Shown here piece after piece: positions 33,020 through 44,203 of a DNA stretch of 64,000 nt. The DNA lies in assembly GCA_963804995.1 (NCBI GenBank), contig CAWDSK010000003.1, positions 768,001-832,000 on the forward strand. Direction: 5' to 3'. The position numbers were made by a program, and so were the translations under genes. The stretch comes from an uncultured Acidobacteriota bacterium. GTDB taxonomy: Bacteria; Acidobacteriota; Terriglobia; UBA7540. How positions within the stretch are numbered: the stretch's first letter is position 1; every line of letters begins with the position of its first letter. The notes under the pieces are model-generated. The model saw only the letters and a list, made by a program, of their open reading frames with translations, did no database searches and was not told where the DNA came from.

Positions 33020-34024
33020 ATGACCCCATCACTGGCCTTTGCACTTCTCCTTGTCGTCGTGGCGCTGGGCTTCGACTTTCTCAACGGCTTTCACGATGCA
33101 GCGAACTCCATTGCCACGGTGGTTTCTACGCGTGTGCTCTCCCCCCGTATGGCGGTGGCCTGGGCGGCTTTCTTCAATTTTGTGGCGGCGTTTACCTTCG
33201 GCACGGCTGTCGCCAGGACCATGGGCCAGGGGATGATCCGCTTGTCGGCCATCAATCTCTACGTGATTCTGGCCGGCCTGCTGGGCGCCATCTTTTGGGA
33301 TATCGTGACCTGGTATTACGGGTTGCCGGTGAGTTCGTCGCACGCACTGATGGGAGGATATGCGGGAGCGGCCATCGCCAAGGCCGGCTGGGGCGTCATC
33401 CTGCCGGAGGGTTGGACCAAAACCCTGGCGTTCATCATTCTCTCACCGGCCATCGGATTCGTTCTGGGCGGTGGCCTGATGCTGGCGGTGTATTGGATCT
33501 TTCGCAATTGGGCCCCGCAGCGACTGGATAAGTACTTTCGCAAGCTGCAACTGCTCTCGGCCGCCGCTTACAGTTTTGGCCACGGCACCAACGACGCGCA
33601 GAAAACCATGGGGATCATCTCGGGGATTTTGTTCACCGCCGGAGTCCTGAAAAGGTTTTATATTCCCTTCTGGGTGGTGTTGATTGCGCACGCTGCCATT
33701 GCCATGGGAACCATGGCGGGCGGCTGGCGCATCGTGAAAACCATGGGCATGAGGATTACCCGGCTGAAACCCGTGGGAGGATTCTGCGCAGAAACCGCTG
33801 CCGCCATCAGCCTGCTGGGCACCGCCCTGGCGGGAATCCCCGTTTCTACCACGCACACCATCGCGGGAGGAATCATGGGCGTGGGCAGCGTGCAGCGCTT
33901 CAGCGCCGTCCGCTGGGGAGTGGCGCGCGGCATCATGTGGGCCTGGGTGCTGACGATCCCCATCTCCGGCGCCGTCTCCTATTTGTGCTTTGTGCTGATC
34001 CACCATTTCTTCTCCGCGGCGTGA
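33020..34024 (+). CDS. pit: PiT-family inorganic phosphate transporter
   Basis: NGFHDAANSIAT, GLPVSSSHAL, HGTNDAQK, PVSTTH. Confidence 0.93.
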   Translation: MTPSLAFALLLVVVALGFDFLNGFHDAANSIATVVSTRVLSPRMAVAWAAFFNFVAAFTFGTAVARTMGQGMIRLSAINLYVILAGLLGAIFWDIVTWYYGLPVSSSHALMGGYAGAAIAKAGWGVILPEGWTKTLAFIILSPAIGFVLGGGLMLAVYWIFRNWAPQRLDKYFRKLQLLSAAAYSFGHGTNDAQKTMGIISGILFTAGVLKRFYIPFWVVLIAHAAIAMGTMAGGWRIVKTMGMRITRLKPVGGFCAETAAAISLLGTALAGIPVSTTHTIAGGIMGVGSVQRFSAVRWGVARGIMWAWVLTIPISGAVSYLCFVLIHHFFSAA

Positions 34025-34071
34025 ACCCCACCGCCATAGCGAATTCCTGGATGATATTCAGGGCAGCCAGG

Positions 34072-35013
34072 TCAGAAGTGAGGCCCCCCCTCCTCGGACG
34101 TTACGTCCCCCAGCGTGTCCCACATGTTGCCCGTAGAGGGGCTACGCGGCCCTTGTCCCACCAAGTTCACCATGGCTTGGAGCAACGTTTGATAAACCGG
34201 GACAAACTCTGGCGCGCTACGTTTCAGGGCGGCAACATGGCGGCGAATAGTTGCCCAATCTCCCCGCACCGCCGGACCCGTCAGTGCGCGACGCGCTCCG
34301 AGCTCTGCGAAGTTCTTGGATGTTTCCGTCACGAACATCCTCAGCATAGGACGCGAGATTCTGGTCGGGACTCCAGCTTTCCTCAACAAGCGCGCGGATT
34401 GCTCCATCAGCGTAACGACCGTTGGGCATACGAGAAACGCGGAAAGGTGATACAGCGTTTTCTCTTTGGGGCTAACACGAAATGCAACTCCCCGCAACAA
34501 CTTCACCCACTGTCTTGCGACCCGGAGCGCGCGGCGGTCGCCCTCGATTCCCCAAAAGCCACCGCGCAAATTTCGCATGCCCGCCTGCGGACTCGGAACG
34601 GTCTGATAGGGGTGAAGCGAGCCCACCGATGCGCCTCGCAATTTGAGCGGCCGCAGTATCGAGCTCGGCAGTGAGCCGCAAGTGTGAAGCACGACTTTAC
34701 CACGCCAAGAATCCTTCCCCCTCGTTTGCTTCGCAAATACTCGTGCAATCTCAACGAGGGCTGAGTCGGAAACCGTAATCAAGAAGACCTGGGCCCGCAG
34801 CAGCCGGGGATCAGTGAGCGCGACAACTTCTCCGCACCCGATGAAGCGCGCTGCGGCACGAGCCCGGGCGGGATTGCGGGCGGCGATGTATGCGATCGGC
34901 ACGTCGGACCGCGCAAGCAGACGCCCCATCGCCTGACCGATGCGGCCCGGACCGATAATGGCTACTCCTGAATACGAATTGTGCTTGCTGACCTTGAGTC
35001 TCACGGGAGACAA
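34072..35013 (-). CDS. Rossmann-like plus DUF2520 protein
   Basis: [34 protein letters not shown]. Confidence 0.85.
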   Translation of the reverse strand: MSPVRLKVSKHNSYSGVAIIGPGRIGQAMGRLLARSDVPIAYIAARNPARARAAARFIGCGEVVALTDPRLLRAQVFLITVSDSALVEIARVFAKQTRGKDSWRGKVVLHTCGSLPSSILRPLKLRGASVGSLHPYQTVPSPQAGMRNLRGGFWGIEGDRRALRVARQWVKLLRGVAFRVSPKEKTLYHLSAFLVCPTVVTLMEQSARLLRKAGVPTRISRPMLRMFVTETSKNFAELGARRALTGPAVRGDWATIRRHVAALKRSAPEFVPVYQTLLQAMVNLVGQGPRSPSTGNMWDTLGDVTSEEGGPHF

Positions 35014-36998
35014 TCCGGGCTCCTGACACCTTTCTCTTTAAGTCCCTTGACGCGATCCCGCAACTGCGCGGCTTTCTCAAACTCAAATTGTTTTGCCGCC
35101 TCACGCATCCGGGTTTCGAGATTACGGATCAACTCGTCTAGCTGGTCACCGGTCACCGCCTCATCTTCGACCATTTCCAGCGGGACCGTGACGTAATCAG
35201 CCGCCACGATGGAAGCCAGGGCCATATCCACGGGCTTGATGATGGACTCTGGAGTGATGCCGTTCTCCTGGTTGTACTGGACTTGCTTGACGCGGCGGCG
35301 ATTGGTTTCGGCGATAGCATGCTGCATCGAATCGGTATGACGGTCGGCGTAGAGTATCGCTTTGCCGTGCAGATTGCGCGCGGCGCGTCCCATAGTTTGA
35401 ATCAGCGCGCCGGCGGAGCGGAGATAGCCTTCCTTATCGGCATCAAGGATAGCGACCAGCGATACTTCCGGCAGGTCCAAGCCTTCGCGCAGCAGGTTGA
35501 TCCCAATCAGCACATCGAACTCACCGCGCCGCAAATCCCGCAGGATTTTAACGCGCTCGAGGGTCTCAATCTCGGAATGGAGGTAGCGGCAGCGCACGCC
35601 CACTTCCGCGTAGTATTCGGCCAAGTCCTCAGACATGCGCTTGGTCAGAGTGGTGACCAGCACGCGTTCACTGGCCGCGGCCCGCTGGCGGATTTCACCG
35701 AGCAGATCGTCAATCTGGTTCCGCGTGGAGCGAACCTCCACCTCCGGGTCAATCAGCCCCGTGGGGCGGATGATCTGCTCCACCACTTCCCCACCGGTTT
35801 TGGTCAGCTCGTACGGCCCCGGTGTCGCGGAAACATAAATCAATTGGCCGACCCGGTGTTCGAACTCTTCAAAAGATAGCGGGCGATTGTCAAGCGCCGA
35901 CGGCAATCGGAATCCGTAATCCACCAGCGTCTGTTTGCGCGAGCGGTCGCCATGATACATGCCGCGAAGTTGGGGAACCGTCTGGTGGCTTTCGTCAATG
36001 AATAGCACGGCGTCCTGAGGCAGATAATCGAGCAATGTCGGCGGCGGCTCACCCGGCAGGCGCCCGGAAAGGTGCCGCGAGTAATTCTCAATCCCGTGGC
36101 AATAGCCCATTTCCTTGATCATTTCGAGGTCAAACATGGTGCGCTGATGAATGCGCTGCGCCTCCACCAGCTTTCCCTGTTTCTCGAGTTCGCCCCGCCA
36201 CCACTCGAGTTCGCTCTTGATGCGCTCCACGGCATCATCTTTCCGTTCGGCGGGCAGGACGTAATGGGTACGAGGATAAATCGGCAGGCGAGCAAGGGAT
36301 TGTTTTACCTGGCCGAATAGAGGGTCGATTTGCGCCATGGCCTCGACCTGCTCGCCCCACATCTCAATGCGGTAGGCATTGTCCTCGTAGGTCGGATAAA
36401 TCTCGATCACGTCACCACGCACGCGGAAGGTCCCGCGCCGGAAGTCCACATCGTTGCGCTCGTATTGAATCTCCACCAGCCGGCGGAGGATATCCTGCCG
36501 CGAAATTTTCTGGCCTTTTTCGAGCAAAAGCAGCATGCCGTAATAAGCCTCCGGCGAACCCAGGCCGTAGATGCAGGAGACGCTGGCCACGATCAGGCAG
36601 TCGCGCCGTTCAAAGAGCGAGCGGGTGGCGGACATGCGCAGCTTGTCCAGCTCGTCGTTGATAGTCGATTCCTTCTCGATATAAACGTCCGCCGCGGGAA
36701 TGTAAGCTTCCGGCTGGTAATAGTCGTAATAGCTGACGAAGTATTCGACAGCGTTGCGGGGAAAGAAATTGCGGAACTCGTGATAAAGCTGCGCGGCCAG
36801 GGTTTTGTTGTGGGCTAAGACGAGGGTAGGACGGTTGAGGGCCTCCGCCACCTTGGCCACGGTAAAGGTCTTGCCGGAACCTGTAACGCCCAGCAGGACC
36901 TGGTGCTGTTTACCATCCTCCAACCCGCCAACCAGTTCGCGGATGGCAGTCGCCTGGTCGCCACGCGGCTGGTAATCGGAAAAAAGTTTGAAGTCCAT
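35001..36998 (-). CDS. uvrB: Excinuclease ABC subunit B
   Basis: [28 protein letters not shown]-terminal UVR motif. Confidence 0.98.
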   Translation of the reverse strand: MDFKLFSDYQPRGDQATAIRELVGGLEDGKQHQVLLGVTGSGKTFTVAKVAEALNRPTLVLAHNKTLAAQLYHEFRNFFPRNAVEYFVSYYDYYQPEAYIPAADVYIEKESTINDELDKLRMSATRSLFERRDCLIVASVSCIYGLGSPEAYYGMLLLLEKGQKISRQDILRRLVEIQYERNDVDFRRGTFRVRGDVIEIYPTYEDNAYRIEMWGEQVEAMAQIDPLFGQVKQSLARLPIYPRTHYVLPAERKDDAVERIKSELEWWRGELEKQGKLVEAQRIHQRTMFDLEMIKEMGYCHGIENYSRHLSGRLPGEPPPTLLDYLPQDAVLFIDESHQTVPQLRGMYHGDRSRKQTLVDYGFRLPSALDNRPLSFEEFEHRVGQLIYVSATPGPYELTKTGGEVVEQIIRPTGLIDPEVEVRSTRNQIDDLLGEIRQRAAASERVLVTTLTKRMSEDLAEYYAEVGVRCRYLHSEIETLERVKILRDLRRGEFDVLIGINLLREGLDLPEVSLVAILDADKEGYLRSAGALIQTMGRAARNLHGKAILYADRHTDSMQHAIAETNRRRVKQVQYNQENGITPESIIKPVDMALASIVAADYVTVPLEMVEDEAVTGDQLDELIRNLETRMREAAKQFEFEKAAQLRDRVKGLKEKGVRSPDCLP

Positions 36999-37161
36999 CG
37001 CCCCTGCTCGTTCTGACTGTCAACGGCCAAAACACCATTATAGCGCGGGACGGGCCAGGCATTTCTGCGGACCTCATGCCAAACGCGGTGCGAGTCTAAG
37101 GAATTATGTTACGATGGTGAGGATGTTCAGGCATGAAATTTACGGAATAAAGGTAGGTTCT

Positions 37162-38163
37162 ATGGATCAATTCGTCCCGCGGCATGCGTCGAGATTTATC
37201 GCGGCCCTCCTCTTGGCAGGGCTGATGACGGGCCTGGCGCACGCCCAAGCACCCACAACCAAGCCCGCAGGCACGCCGCCCGCCACGAGCAAGCCTGAAC
37301 TGCCATCCTTCCAAGTGCCGGAATCGCCCGACGCGGTGGTCTTGAAGGTCAGCGACCAGCAGTTCACCAAGGCAGATATTGATTTCTTGTTCGACAACTT
37401 AAATCCGCAGGCCCAAAAAACCATGGCCACACAGGGACGAAAGCCCCTGGGTGATCAGTTTGCCCTGGTCGTAATGCTCTCCCAACAAGCAAAATCGCAT
37501 CACTTGGACCAGACCCCGGCTTTTCAACACAGACTGACCGTGCAAAAGCAGCAACTTGAGGCGCAGGCTGCCTATGACGAAATCGTCCAGCAAGCCAAGG
37601 TGAATCCGGAAGATATCAGCCAGTATTATTCCGCCCACGCCGCCGACTATGACCAACTAATGGTCAGGCAATTCGTGGTCCGCACCCGCGCCGCAAACGC
37701 TCAAACCGGACCGGGCCTGCCCGTGGAGGAAGCCAAAACCCGCGCTGAGGCGATCCGTAAAGAAGTGGCGGCCGGAACTGACATCAAGAAAGTGATCGAG
37801 GATTTCAAGGCTCCCGGGGATGTGATCATCGAAGCCGAACCCCGCAGCGTCCGCAAGGGAAACTTACGCCCGGAGCTAGAAAAAGCCGCCTTCGCTCTTA
37901 AAGATGGGGAAGTATCGCAAGTTCTTGATGTTACGCAGGCGGAGGCATTTTTCCAGGTTACCGCACACAGCCGCGCCGAGCTTAAGGATGTTTCCGCACA
38001 AATTGAGGAGACCCTACGAAAAGGAAAGATCGACGCCGCGGTGAATGACCTCAAGAAAAAAAATACAGTTTGGATGGACGATCAGTATTTTGCTGCTCCG
38101 GAGGCACCGACACTCGGACCAAGGTTAAGTGAGCCTGCGGGCAAGCCTCCAGCCAAACCCTGA
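37162..38163 (+). CDS. Secreted parvulin/PrsA-like foldase
   Basis: Signal peptide; ELEKAAFALKDGEVSQV resembles PpiC, but the parvulin His residues look degenerate. Confidence 0.7.
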   Translation: MDQFVPRHASRFIAALLLAGLMTGLAHAQAPTTKPAGTPPATSKPELPSFQVPESPDAVVLKVSDQQFTKADIDFLFDNLNPQAQKTMATQGRKPLGDQFALVVMLSQQAKSHHLDQTPAFQHRLTVQKQQLEAQAAYDEIVQQAKVNPEDISQYYSAHAADYDQLMVRQFVVRTRAANAQTGPGLPVEEAKTRAEAIRKEVAAGTDIKKVIEDFKAPGDVIIEAEPRSVRKGNLRPELEKAAFALKDGEVSQVLDVTQAEAFFQVTAHSRAELKDVSAQIEETLRKGKIDAAVNDLKKKNTVWMDDQYFAAPEAPTLGPRLSEPAGKPPAKP

Positions 38164-38350
38164 GTCCAGCGTGCCAAAAAGAAAACTTTTGCGTTATCTG
38201 GATTTGAGTGGTTTTTTGACGGTCCGCGGCACTTCGCTTGCAAATTCTTAGAATTCCGGAAACGGGCGGCCGCTTCGCCACTCCCAGCCGCGTAGCGGCG
38301 GCAGAATGTGGCCCATGGCGGGAGAAACTGTGAAAAAATCCCATCAAACC

Positions 38351-38430
38351 TTTCACCGCGGAGACGCGGAGGCGCAGAGGTTTGAAAACAAAGGGTCATT
38401 TCTCTGCGTCTCAGCGTCTCAGCGGTGAAA
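38351..38430. repeat. Inverted-repeat mini-element (CACCGC.GAGACGC.GAG type)
   Basis: 29-bp arms TTTCACCGCGGAGACGCGGAGGCGCAGAG / CTCTGCGTCTCAGCGTCTCAGCGGTGAAA. Confidence 0.8.
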
Positions 38431-38665
38431 GCAGAACATCACCTCGAACCTGATAAATGAGCGCGTAGGGATACTTGTTGGTCCGGCAGCGCCGGGTTCT
38501 TTTTGAGATCAGCGACCAGGCTTCGGGGTATTGGAGGATTCTTTCGAGGGTTCGTCTTACTTCCTGGGCAAATCGGGAGCCGAGCCCTGGCTCTTGTAAA
38601 TCATAATAGGCGATGGCCTCCGCCAACTCGGCTCGGGCCGGAGCCAAAAACTCAATGGCCATCAC
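38411..38665 (-). pseudogene. RelE/ParE toxin, C-terminus replaced by the mini-element
   Basis: ARAELAEAIAYY..PGLGSRF..RRC..KYPYALIY; the frame runs into the repeat (SPLRR*) before the usual VAVxH motif. Confidence 0.75.
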
Positions 38666-38892
38666 GGTTTCACGTTCTTGGTGGCACCGAAGACTTCGCG
38701 AGCGGAAACGGTTTTGATCTCACCACGCTCATATGCATCGAGACGCTCTTCCGCTTCCCGCCCCCATAATTCATCGATTCTACGCTCGGGCGAAGAATCA
38801 AGACTTGCCAGGAGACGGTCTATTACTTCTGCCCGCTCCGCAGGCGGAAGGGATAATGCCTCTTCCAGAACCTCTGTACCTTTCTTTGACAT
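38662..38892 (-). CDS. Addiction-module antitoxin (TIGR02574-like)
   Basis: EEALSLPPAERAEVIDRLLASLD...W..EAEERL...G. Confidence 0.85.
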   Translation of the reverse strand: MSKKGTEVLEEALSLPPAERAEVIDRLLASLDSSPERRIDELWGREAEERLDAYERGEIKTVSAREVFGATKNVKP

Positions 38893-38971
38893 GTCCGAGA
38901 CACCCCTTATATGCATTGTAGCATGGCCGGGATTCCCACGCTGGAGGGGCATGAACAATCAAACCTGTTTT

Positions 38972-39063
38972 GGGGGCTGGTTGGCGCAGAGCGAGCCCAG
39001 CTCTGCGATTCGTCCCTGATTGATAACGAAGAGCCGCGGACCTAAACAACAGGTCCGCGCTAC
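38972..39063. repeat. RAYT-left-end REP paired with a GTAG REP, upstream of the TA operon
   Basis: GGCGCAGAGCGAGCCCAGCTCTGCGATTCGTCCCTGA matches 9496-9533. Confidence 0.8.
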
Positions 39064-39234
39064 ACGTGCTTGTCTCAACGACAGGGGTCTGCTTTCGGAA
39101 TTGGGTGTGTGAATCTCAGGAAGAACCGCAGACCCCAACGGCGGGGGTCTGCGCTACGATTGCATTGGTTCTGTTCTCTTTCGCACCTACCGCGGCCGAG
39201 TGAACTCGTCGGAGAATATCCGCCCAGGGCTCCC

Positions 39235-40023
39235 TCAATGCGAAATCGTGGCTTTAGTGGCCCCTGTCGATATGCCGCCATCAACCAGCAAGGTTTGCCC
39301 GGTGATGTACTGGCAGGCGTCCGAGGCCAGGAAGACAACTGCGCCATTGAGATCGTCGGGCTGGCCGGGCCGCTTCATGGGAATCCGGTCGGTAAGGTAA
39401 TCGACCCACTCCTGGTTCTGATACAGCACTTCGGTCTGCTTGGTCTTGAACCATCCTGGCGCCAGGCAGTTGACGCTAATCCCGTATGGCCCCCAGTCGT
39501 CGGCCAGACTCATGGTGAGCTGCTTGACGCCGCCGCGGCTGGCGCAGTACGGAGCCAGTCCCGCATAACCAAAGACGCAGGTGACCGAGCCGATGTTCAC
39601 AATCCGCCCGTACCGGCGCGGAACCATGCGCTTGGCCACTGCCTGGGCCACAAAGAAAGTGCCTCGCAGGTTGGTATCAACCACCAGATTCCAGTCATCC
39701 CACGTGACCTCGAGCCCCGGCTTGCGGACATTGCAGCCCGCGTTGTTCACCAGGATATCGATCTTGCCGTAAGCGGCTTCGGCATCCGCCACCATCTTCT
39801 GAATACTGTCGTAATTCCTAACGTCGAGTTCGAGCGGCACCGCGCGCCGGCCCAGACCCTCGATTTCCTTGCGGAAGGGTTCGAGCGATTCCAGCTTGCG
39901 GGCGGTGATGACCAGGTCAGCGCCGGCATGCGCCAGGGCTCGTCCCAGGTACTGGCCAAGCCCGCGGCTGGCTCCGGTAACAATCGCTACCTTACCCGAC
40001 AGATCGAAAACGTTGTTGCTCAT
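39235..40023 (-). CDS. SDR oxidoreductase (gluconate 5-dehydrogenase/KduD-like)
   Basis: TGASRGLG, NNAG, YCASR, APGWF. Confidence 0.9.
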   Translation of the reverse strand: MSNNVFDLSGKVAIVTGASRGLGQYLGRALAHAGADLVITARKLESLEPFRKEIEGLGRRAVPLELDVRNYDSIQKMVADAEAAYGKIDILVNNAGCNVRKPGLEVTWDDWNLVVDTNLRGTFFVAQAVAKRMVPRRYGRIVNIGSVTCVFGYAGLAPYCASRGGVKQLTMSLADDWGPYGISVNCLAPGWFKTKQTEVLYQNQEWVDYLTDRIPMKRPGQPDDLNGAVVFLASDACQYITGQTLLVDGGISTGATKATISH

Positions 40024-40032
40024 ATGAACTCC

Positions 40033-41070
40033 TTAGGGTTGCAAGATGACTTTCATGAGGTTCGGGTCGCGGCCGTACAAACGCTCAAACCATGCCGCGC
40101 CCTCCGCGAGGGGTGCGGTGGCGCTGATCAGCGGGTCAACCCGAATAGCCCGCCGCGCCAGCAGATCAATGCACGCGGGGTACTCTCCCGAAGACGCGCA
40201 CGAGCCCTGAATGCGAATCTGCCGCGTGACGGCGGATTGCAGCGGCAGCTCCACCTGCGGGGAAATATTGCCAATCAGGGTCAGAAATCCTCCTTTGCGG
40301 AGACTCGCGAGCGCGGTCTGTAAAGCCTTGGTGTTCCCCACTACCTCAACAGCCACATCCGCCCCTCGGCCCGAGGTGTGGTCGCGGACTACGCTCGCAA
40401 CGTCACTCCGAGTGGCGTTCAGGCAGATGTCTGCGCCAAGTTCCCCGGCCACGCCGAGGCGCGCATCGTCCACATCAACGGCAATGACCCGGCCCGCGCC
40501 CGCCAGTCGAAGCACCTGAACCACCAGCAGGCCAATCATGCCGCTACCGACCACCACCGCCGTATCATCCAGCTTCACCGGCGTCAATGCCACGCCGTGG
40601 ACCGCCACCGACACGGCTTCGATCATCGCCGCGTGCTCGAAGCTGAGCGCCTCCGGAATCGGGTAAGAGATGTGTTGGGGAACTGCGACGTACTCCGCAA
40701 AAGCTCCGTGGCGCCGGTAATCGCCGGGAGAAACTCCCAACACCTGGCGGTCATCGCAAAGGTTCACTTCGCCGCGCCGGCAGAAGAAGCACTTGCCGCA
40801 GTAGACGGTGGAGTCAAAGGTCACCCGCTCGCCCACCCGGAACCGCGTCACGTTGCTGCCGATTTTGGCGACAACGCCCGCGGCTTCGTGGCCCATCACG
40901 ATGGGTGGAACACGCCGCCCCGTGCTGCCATCGAATCCGTGAATGTCACTGCCACAGATTCCGCAGGCCTTTACCCGCACCAGAAGGTCATCAGGACCAA
41001 CCTGGGGTTCCGGCATGTCCGTCATTTCGAGCTTTTTGTATTCCTTCAACATTAAGGCCTGCATGTTCAC
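40033..41070 (-). CDS. Zn-dependent polyol dehydrogenase
   Basis: CGICGSD, GHE, CGKCFFCRRG...C, GSGMIG. Confidence 0.92.
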   Translation of the reverse strand: MNMQALMLKEYKKLEMTDMPEPQVGPDDLLVRVKACGICGSDIHGFDGSTGRRVPPIVMGHEAAGVVAKIGSNVTRFRVGERVTFDSTVYCGKCFFCRRGEVNLCDDRQVLGVSPGDYRRHGAFAEYVAVPQHISYPIPEALSFEHAAMIEAVSVAVHGVALTPVKLDDTAVVVGSGMIGLLVVQVLRLAGAGRVIAVDVDDARLGVAGELGADICLNATRSDVASVVRDHTSGRGADVAVEVVGNTKALQTALASLRKGGFLTLIGNISPQVELPLQSAVTRQIRIQGSCASSGEYPACIDLLARRAIRVDPLISATAPLAEGAAWFERLYGRDPNLMKVILQP

Positions 41071-41203
41071 TCCTGGATTCTACTGATTCTGGTGTCATAT
41101 TACAGAAGTTTGCTCACCAAGTCTCTGACCTGTGCGGGTCATTCCGCAGCCCCGTCAGGGGCGTAAGATCGTAGCCCAGGGCGCAAGCCCGTAAGCGTTA
41201 ACC

Positions 41204-41578
41204 TAGCCCTCTCCGAGGGGAGAGGGTGGACCGCAGCCGGCGTACTCATCAGCCGGGGCGGGACGGGCCTACGCCCTCCGAAGGGGTACCTGGGAGCAGT
41301 AAACAAGTTCAGCTTCGGCCCGCAGGCGGGTGAGGGGTTACTTCGTCAGCTTCGCATCGCCTAAGGCCAATCCATTCAGCGCCAACCCACTGGAAATTCA
41401 CACCCAGCCCACGCCGGGAACTCGCATGTAATCGTTTTTTTCTGCCGCGTCTTTTCCCATCTGAATCGGCTGTGAGTGGATACTTCTGAATTGCCCACCG
41501 GAAGTAACCCCTCACCCGTCGTGCTCCGGCTGGTGAAAGCGCCGGCAGCCCGCCACCCTCTCCCCTCGGAGAGGGCTA
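41204..41578. repeat. Inverted pair of CCCTCTCC/GGGTGAGGG palindromic elements, the left one carrying a nested 59-bp insertion
   Basis: 41204-41344 aligns to the reverse complement of 41501-41578 once 41268-41326 and one CGGG are removed. Confidence 0.75.
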
Positions 41579-41724
41579 TGAATTCGAGTCCCACTCTCCT
41601 CGGAGTAAACTCAAATTAAGTCCCCGTCGGTCACCAGCGGCGGGCCCCCCTCTGTCGCCGCGGCGACAGAGGGGCCGTTGGTGAGGGGGTTCTCTAATAA
41701 TCAGCGAACTTCTGACTCTAGGCA

Positions 41725-42798
41725 CTAGCCATACAGCGGATAATTCCCGTACTCCGCGAGCAATTCCAACACATACTCCGCGGTTTCAACAGAGATATCC
41801 GGCCCCATAGAGTGCGTGCCGAAAACCAATCCGCCGCCGCGCCCTGCTTCGAGCAGGTACCGCACATGATCGCGGATTTCGGCGCGGTCGCCTCGCGGCA
41901 GGATTACACAATTATCCATGCCGCCCGTCAACACCAGACGGTTTCCAAATCGCTCGCGGAGCTTGACCGCGTCCATGCCAATGCGGAACTCCATGGGGTT
42001 TATGGCGTCGATGCCTGCGTCTACCCACATGTCAAGCAGGGGGAGGACATTACCATCGGAGTGATGCATGACCCAGCGGGCGCCCGCTTGCTTAAAGGCC
42101 TGCACCATGCGGCGCAGAGCGGGCAGGAACACGCGCTCGTAATGCTTTGGCCCGACGAACGGCCCCAGGCTCGACGCCACGTCATCGTAAATCGCGATCC
42201 CGGTGTCCTCGAGACCGAAGCGGCGCATCGCTGCAATCGCCACGGTGACGATGTGATCCACCACGCGGTCAACAAAAGCGCGGGTCCACCCGGGGTCCTC
42301 AGCCACGTCGACCCAGAACTGTTCCTCCCCGCGCATGAATGCGGCACGCAGGTAAGGGCCACCACTCTTGCACCAGACGAAGTACTCATCCTTAAGCGCT
42401 GCGGCTTGCTTGCCTGCGGTTTCGAAGCGGCACTCGAGCAGCGGATCGTCGAACTTGAGCTTTTCCGGATCAACGCGATCCTTAACCGCCGGCTCAATCA
42501 ATTGGCCCATGACCTGGGGGGTGAGCTCCGCGAACGGCGTCAACTTGGTTTCGCCCCAACCGCTGCGCACCAGCGCTTGATCCCCACGCCGTCCGAGAAT
42601 CCCCGCCCGCGTCGGCCACGCGGACTCCTCGGGCTCGACCAGGCGCATGTCGTCGCCAAAGTGCTTATAGAGATCAGTGGGGCCGTGAACGCTCTCCCAA
42701 TTCGCTTCAAACTCAGGCCAGAAAGACGAAAAGTAACGTGGGACGCGATCCGGTTCCTCGAAGCTCATCGCGGCCATCACACGCTGCTTGCTGGTCAT
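41725..42798 (-). CDS. Uroporphyrinogen decarboxylase/MtaA-CmuA family protein
   Basis: MTSKQRV..EPDRVP, YDDVA, HSDGNV, GGMD, GTHS. Confidence 0.85.
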   Translation of the reverse strand: MTSKQRVMAAMSFEEPDRVPRYFSSFWPEFEANWESVHGPTDLYKHFGDDMRLVEPEESAWPTRAGILGRRGDQALVRSGWGETKLTPFAELTPQVMGQLIEPAVKDRVDPEKLKFDDPLLECRFETAGKQAAALKDEYFVWCKSGGPYLRAAFMRGEEQFWVDVAEDPGWTRAFVDRVVDHIVTVAIAAMRRFGLEDTGIAIYDDVASSLGPFVGPKHYERVFLPALRRMVQAFKQAGARWVMHHSDGNVLPLLDMWVDAGIDAINPMEFRIGMDAVKLRERFGNRLVLTGGMDNCVILPRGDRAEIRDHVRYLLEAGRGGGLVFGTHSMGPDISVETAEYVLELLAEYGNYPLYG

Positions 42799-42964
42799 GC
42801 TTGGAGACACATATGGAAATGCGGAATCTACAAGAAATGGAAAGGCAAATCCGCCGCCATCCCCGTTGCTTTGCGCGCGCCATAGCGCGCGAGGTCCCAC
42901 CAAAACTGCCTCCAGTGGGACAACGCGACGCAGTAAATTCCAAATCTGGTAGAAAGTTTTGGCG

Positions 42965-44203
42965 CTAGACGATGTCTTCGCGCTTCTCGTCCCAACGCAC
43001 CGTCCGACCCTGCCGGTAAGAAGCTATCGCCATCTGGCAGGCGATCGCGGAACGGAACCCGATTTCGAGCGGGCAGTTGGGCTGTTTGCGGCTGCGCACA
43101 CAATCAATGAAGTTCTGCATGTGAGGATTGGTAGCGTCATCCTCACCCACGATGTCTGGAGCTTTGGCCGACGCCAGCGCGGCCCGCGTCCCCATGCCGG
43201 ATTTGGTACCTTGCGGTGCGTAGCGAACGCGCTCCTGATCATCCCGGAAGATCGTTCCCTTATCGCCCAGCACGTAGTCGTCGCCTTCGCCGAACAGGCT
43301 ATTGCCGAACATGGAGTTCCAGGTGAACAGCATCTTATTCGGCAGGTTCATGGAGACATCCATGGTGTCGGGCAACTGCATGTTCGGGGAGAGGTAGTTG
43401 TCGCCGCTCATGGTGACTTTGAGGGGAATCCCGAGATCCATCTGCTTGAACCAGAACCCTACTTGGTGGACCATGTTCTCAAATACGTTCCCGCCGGAGT
43501 AATCCCAATAGAAGCGCCAGTTGATGACGCGATTGGGGTCGAAGGGATACTGCTTGGCCTCTCCCTGGAAAGTCTTCCAATCGACGTGCTGAAGGTCGCA
43601 ATCGGCGGGAATCGGCCGCTTCCAGCCACCATAGGGTGCGTTGCGATAATGGTGCGTGTGAATCTGAGTAATCTTGCCCATGCGCTCGGCCGTAAGGTAT
43701 TCGCGCACTTGCGCGGGAGCCGGGCCGCTGGTGGATTGGATGCCGACCTGAACGATCTTCCCGGTGCCCTCCAAAGCCTTCCGCATGCGCTTGGCGTGAT
43801 CAGGATTGAACGCCATGGTCTTTTCCTGATAAATGTCCTTGCCGGCCTGAATGGCGGGCACAAAATTCAAAGCATGCTGATGCTGCGGAGTGGCAATCAG
43901 TACAGCATCAACGCTCTTGTCGTCGAGCAACTGCTGGAATTCGTGATAGGTTTTGATGTTGGGTACGAAGCCCTTCACCTCGTCCAGGCGTCGCGTGTAA
44001 ACATCTGCTACCGCCACACCTTCTACGTTGGAGCACTTCAACGCGGCTTTGAAAATCTGCTGGCCACGTCCTCCGGCCCCGATCAATCCGATGCGGACGC
44101 GGTCATTGGCTCCCAGCACTCGGCTGGAAGGAAACAATCCATAGGCAGCCACCGCAGCCGAACCACGCAGTGCTTGCCCGATAAAAGTCCTTCGATTTGG
44201 CAT
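42965..44203 (-). CDS. Gfo/Idh/MocA oxidoreductase with a Tat signal
   Basis: NRRTFI, GANDRVRIGLIGAGGRG, ATPQHQH, YQEKTM, HMQNFIDCVRSR. Confidence 0.92.
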   Translation of the reverse strand: MPNRRTFIGQALRGSAAVAAYGLFPSSRVLGANDRVRIGLIGAGGRGQQIFKAALKCSNVEGVAVADVYTRRLDEVKGFVPNIKTYHEFQQLLDDKSVDAVLIATPQHQHALNFVPAIQAGKDIYQEKTMAFNPDHAKRMRKALEGTGKIVQVGIQSTSGPAPAQVREYLTAERMGKITQIHTHHYRNAPYGGWKRPIPADCDLQHVDWKTFQGEAKQYPFDPNRVINWRFYWDYSGGNVFENMVHQVGFWFKQMDLGIPLKVTMSGDNYLSPNMQLPDTMDVSMNLPNKMLFTWNSMFGNSLFGEGDDYVLGDKGTIFRDDQERVRYAPQGTKSGMGTRAALASAKAPDIVGEDDATNPHMQNFIDCVRSRKQPNCPLEIGFRSAIACQMAIASYRQGRTVRWDEKREDIV

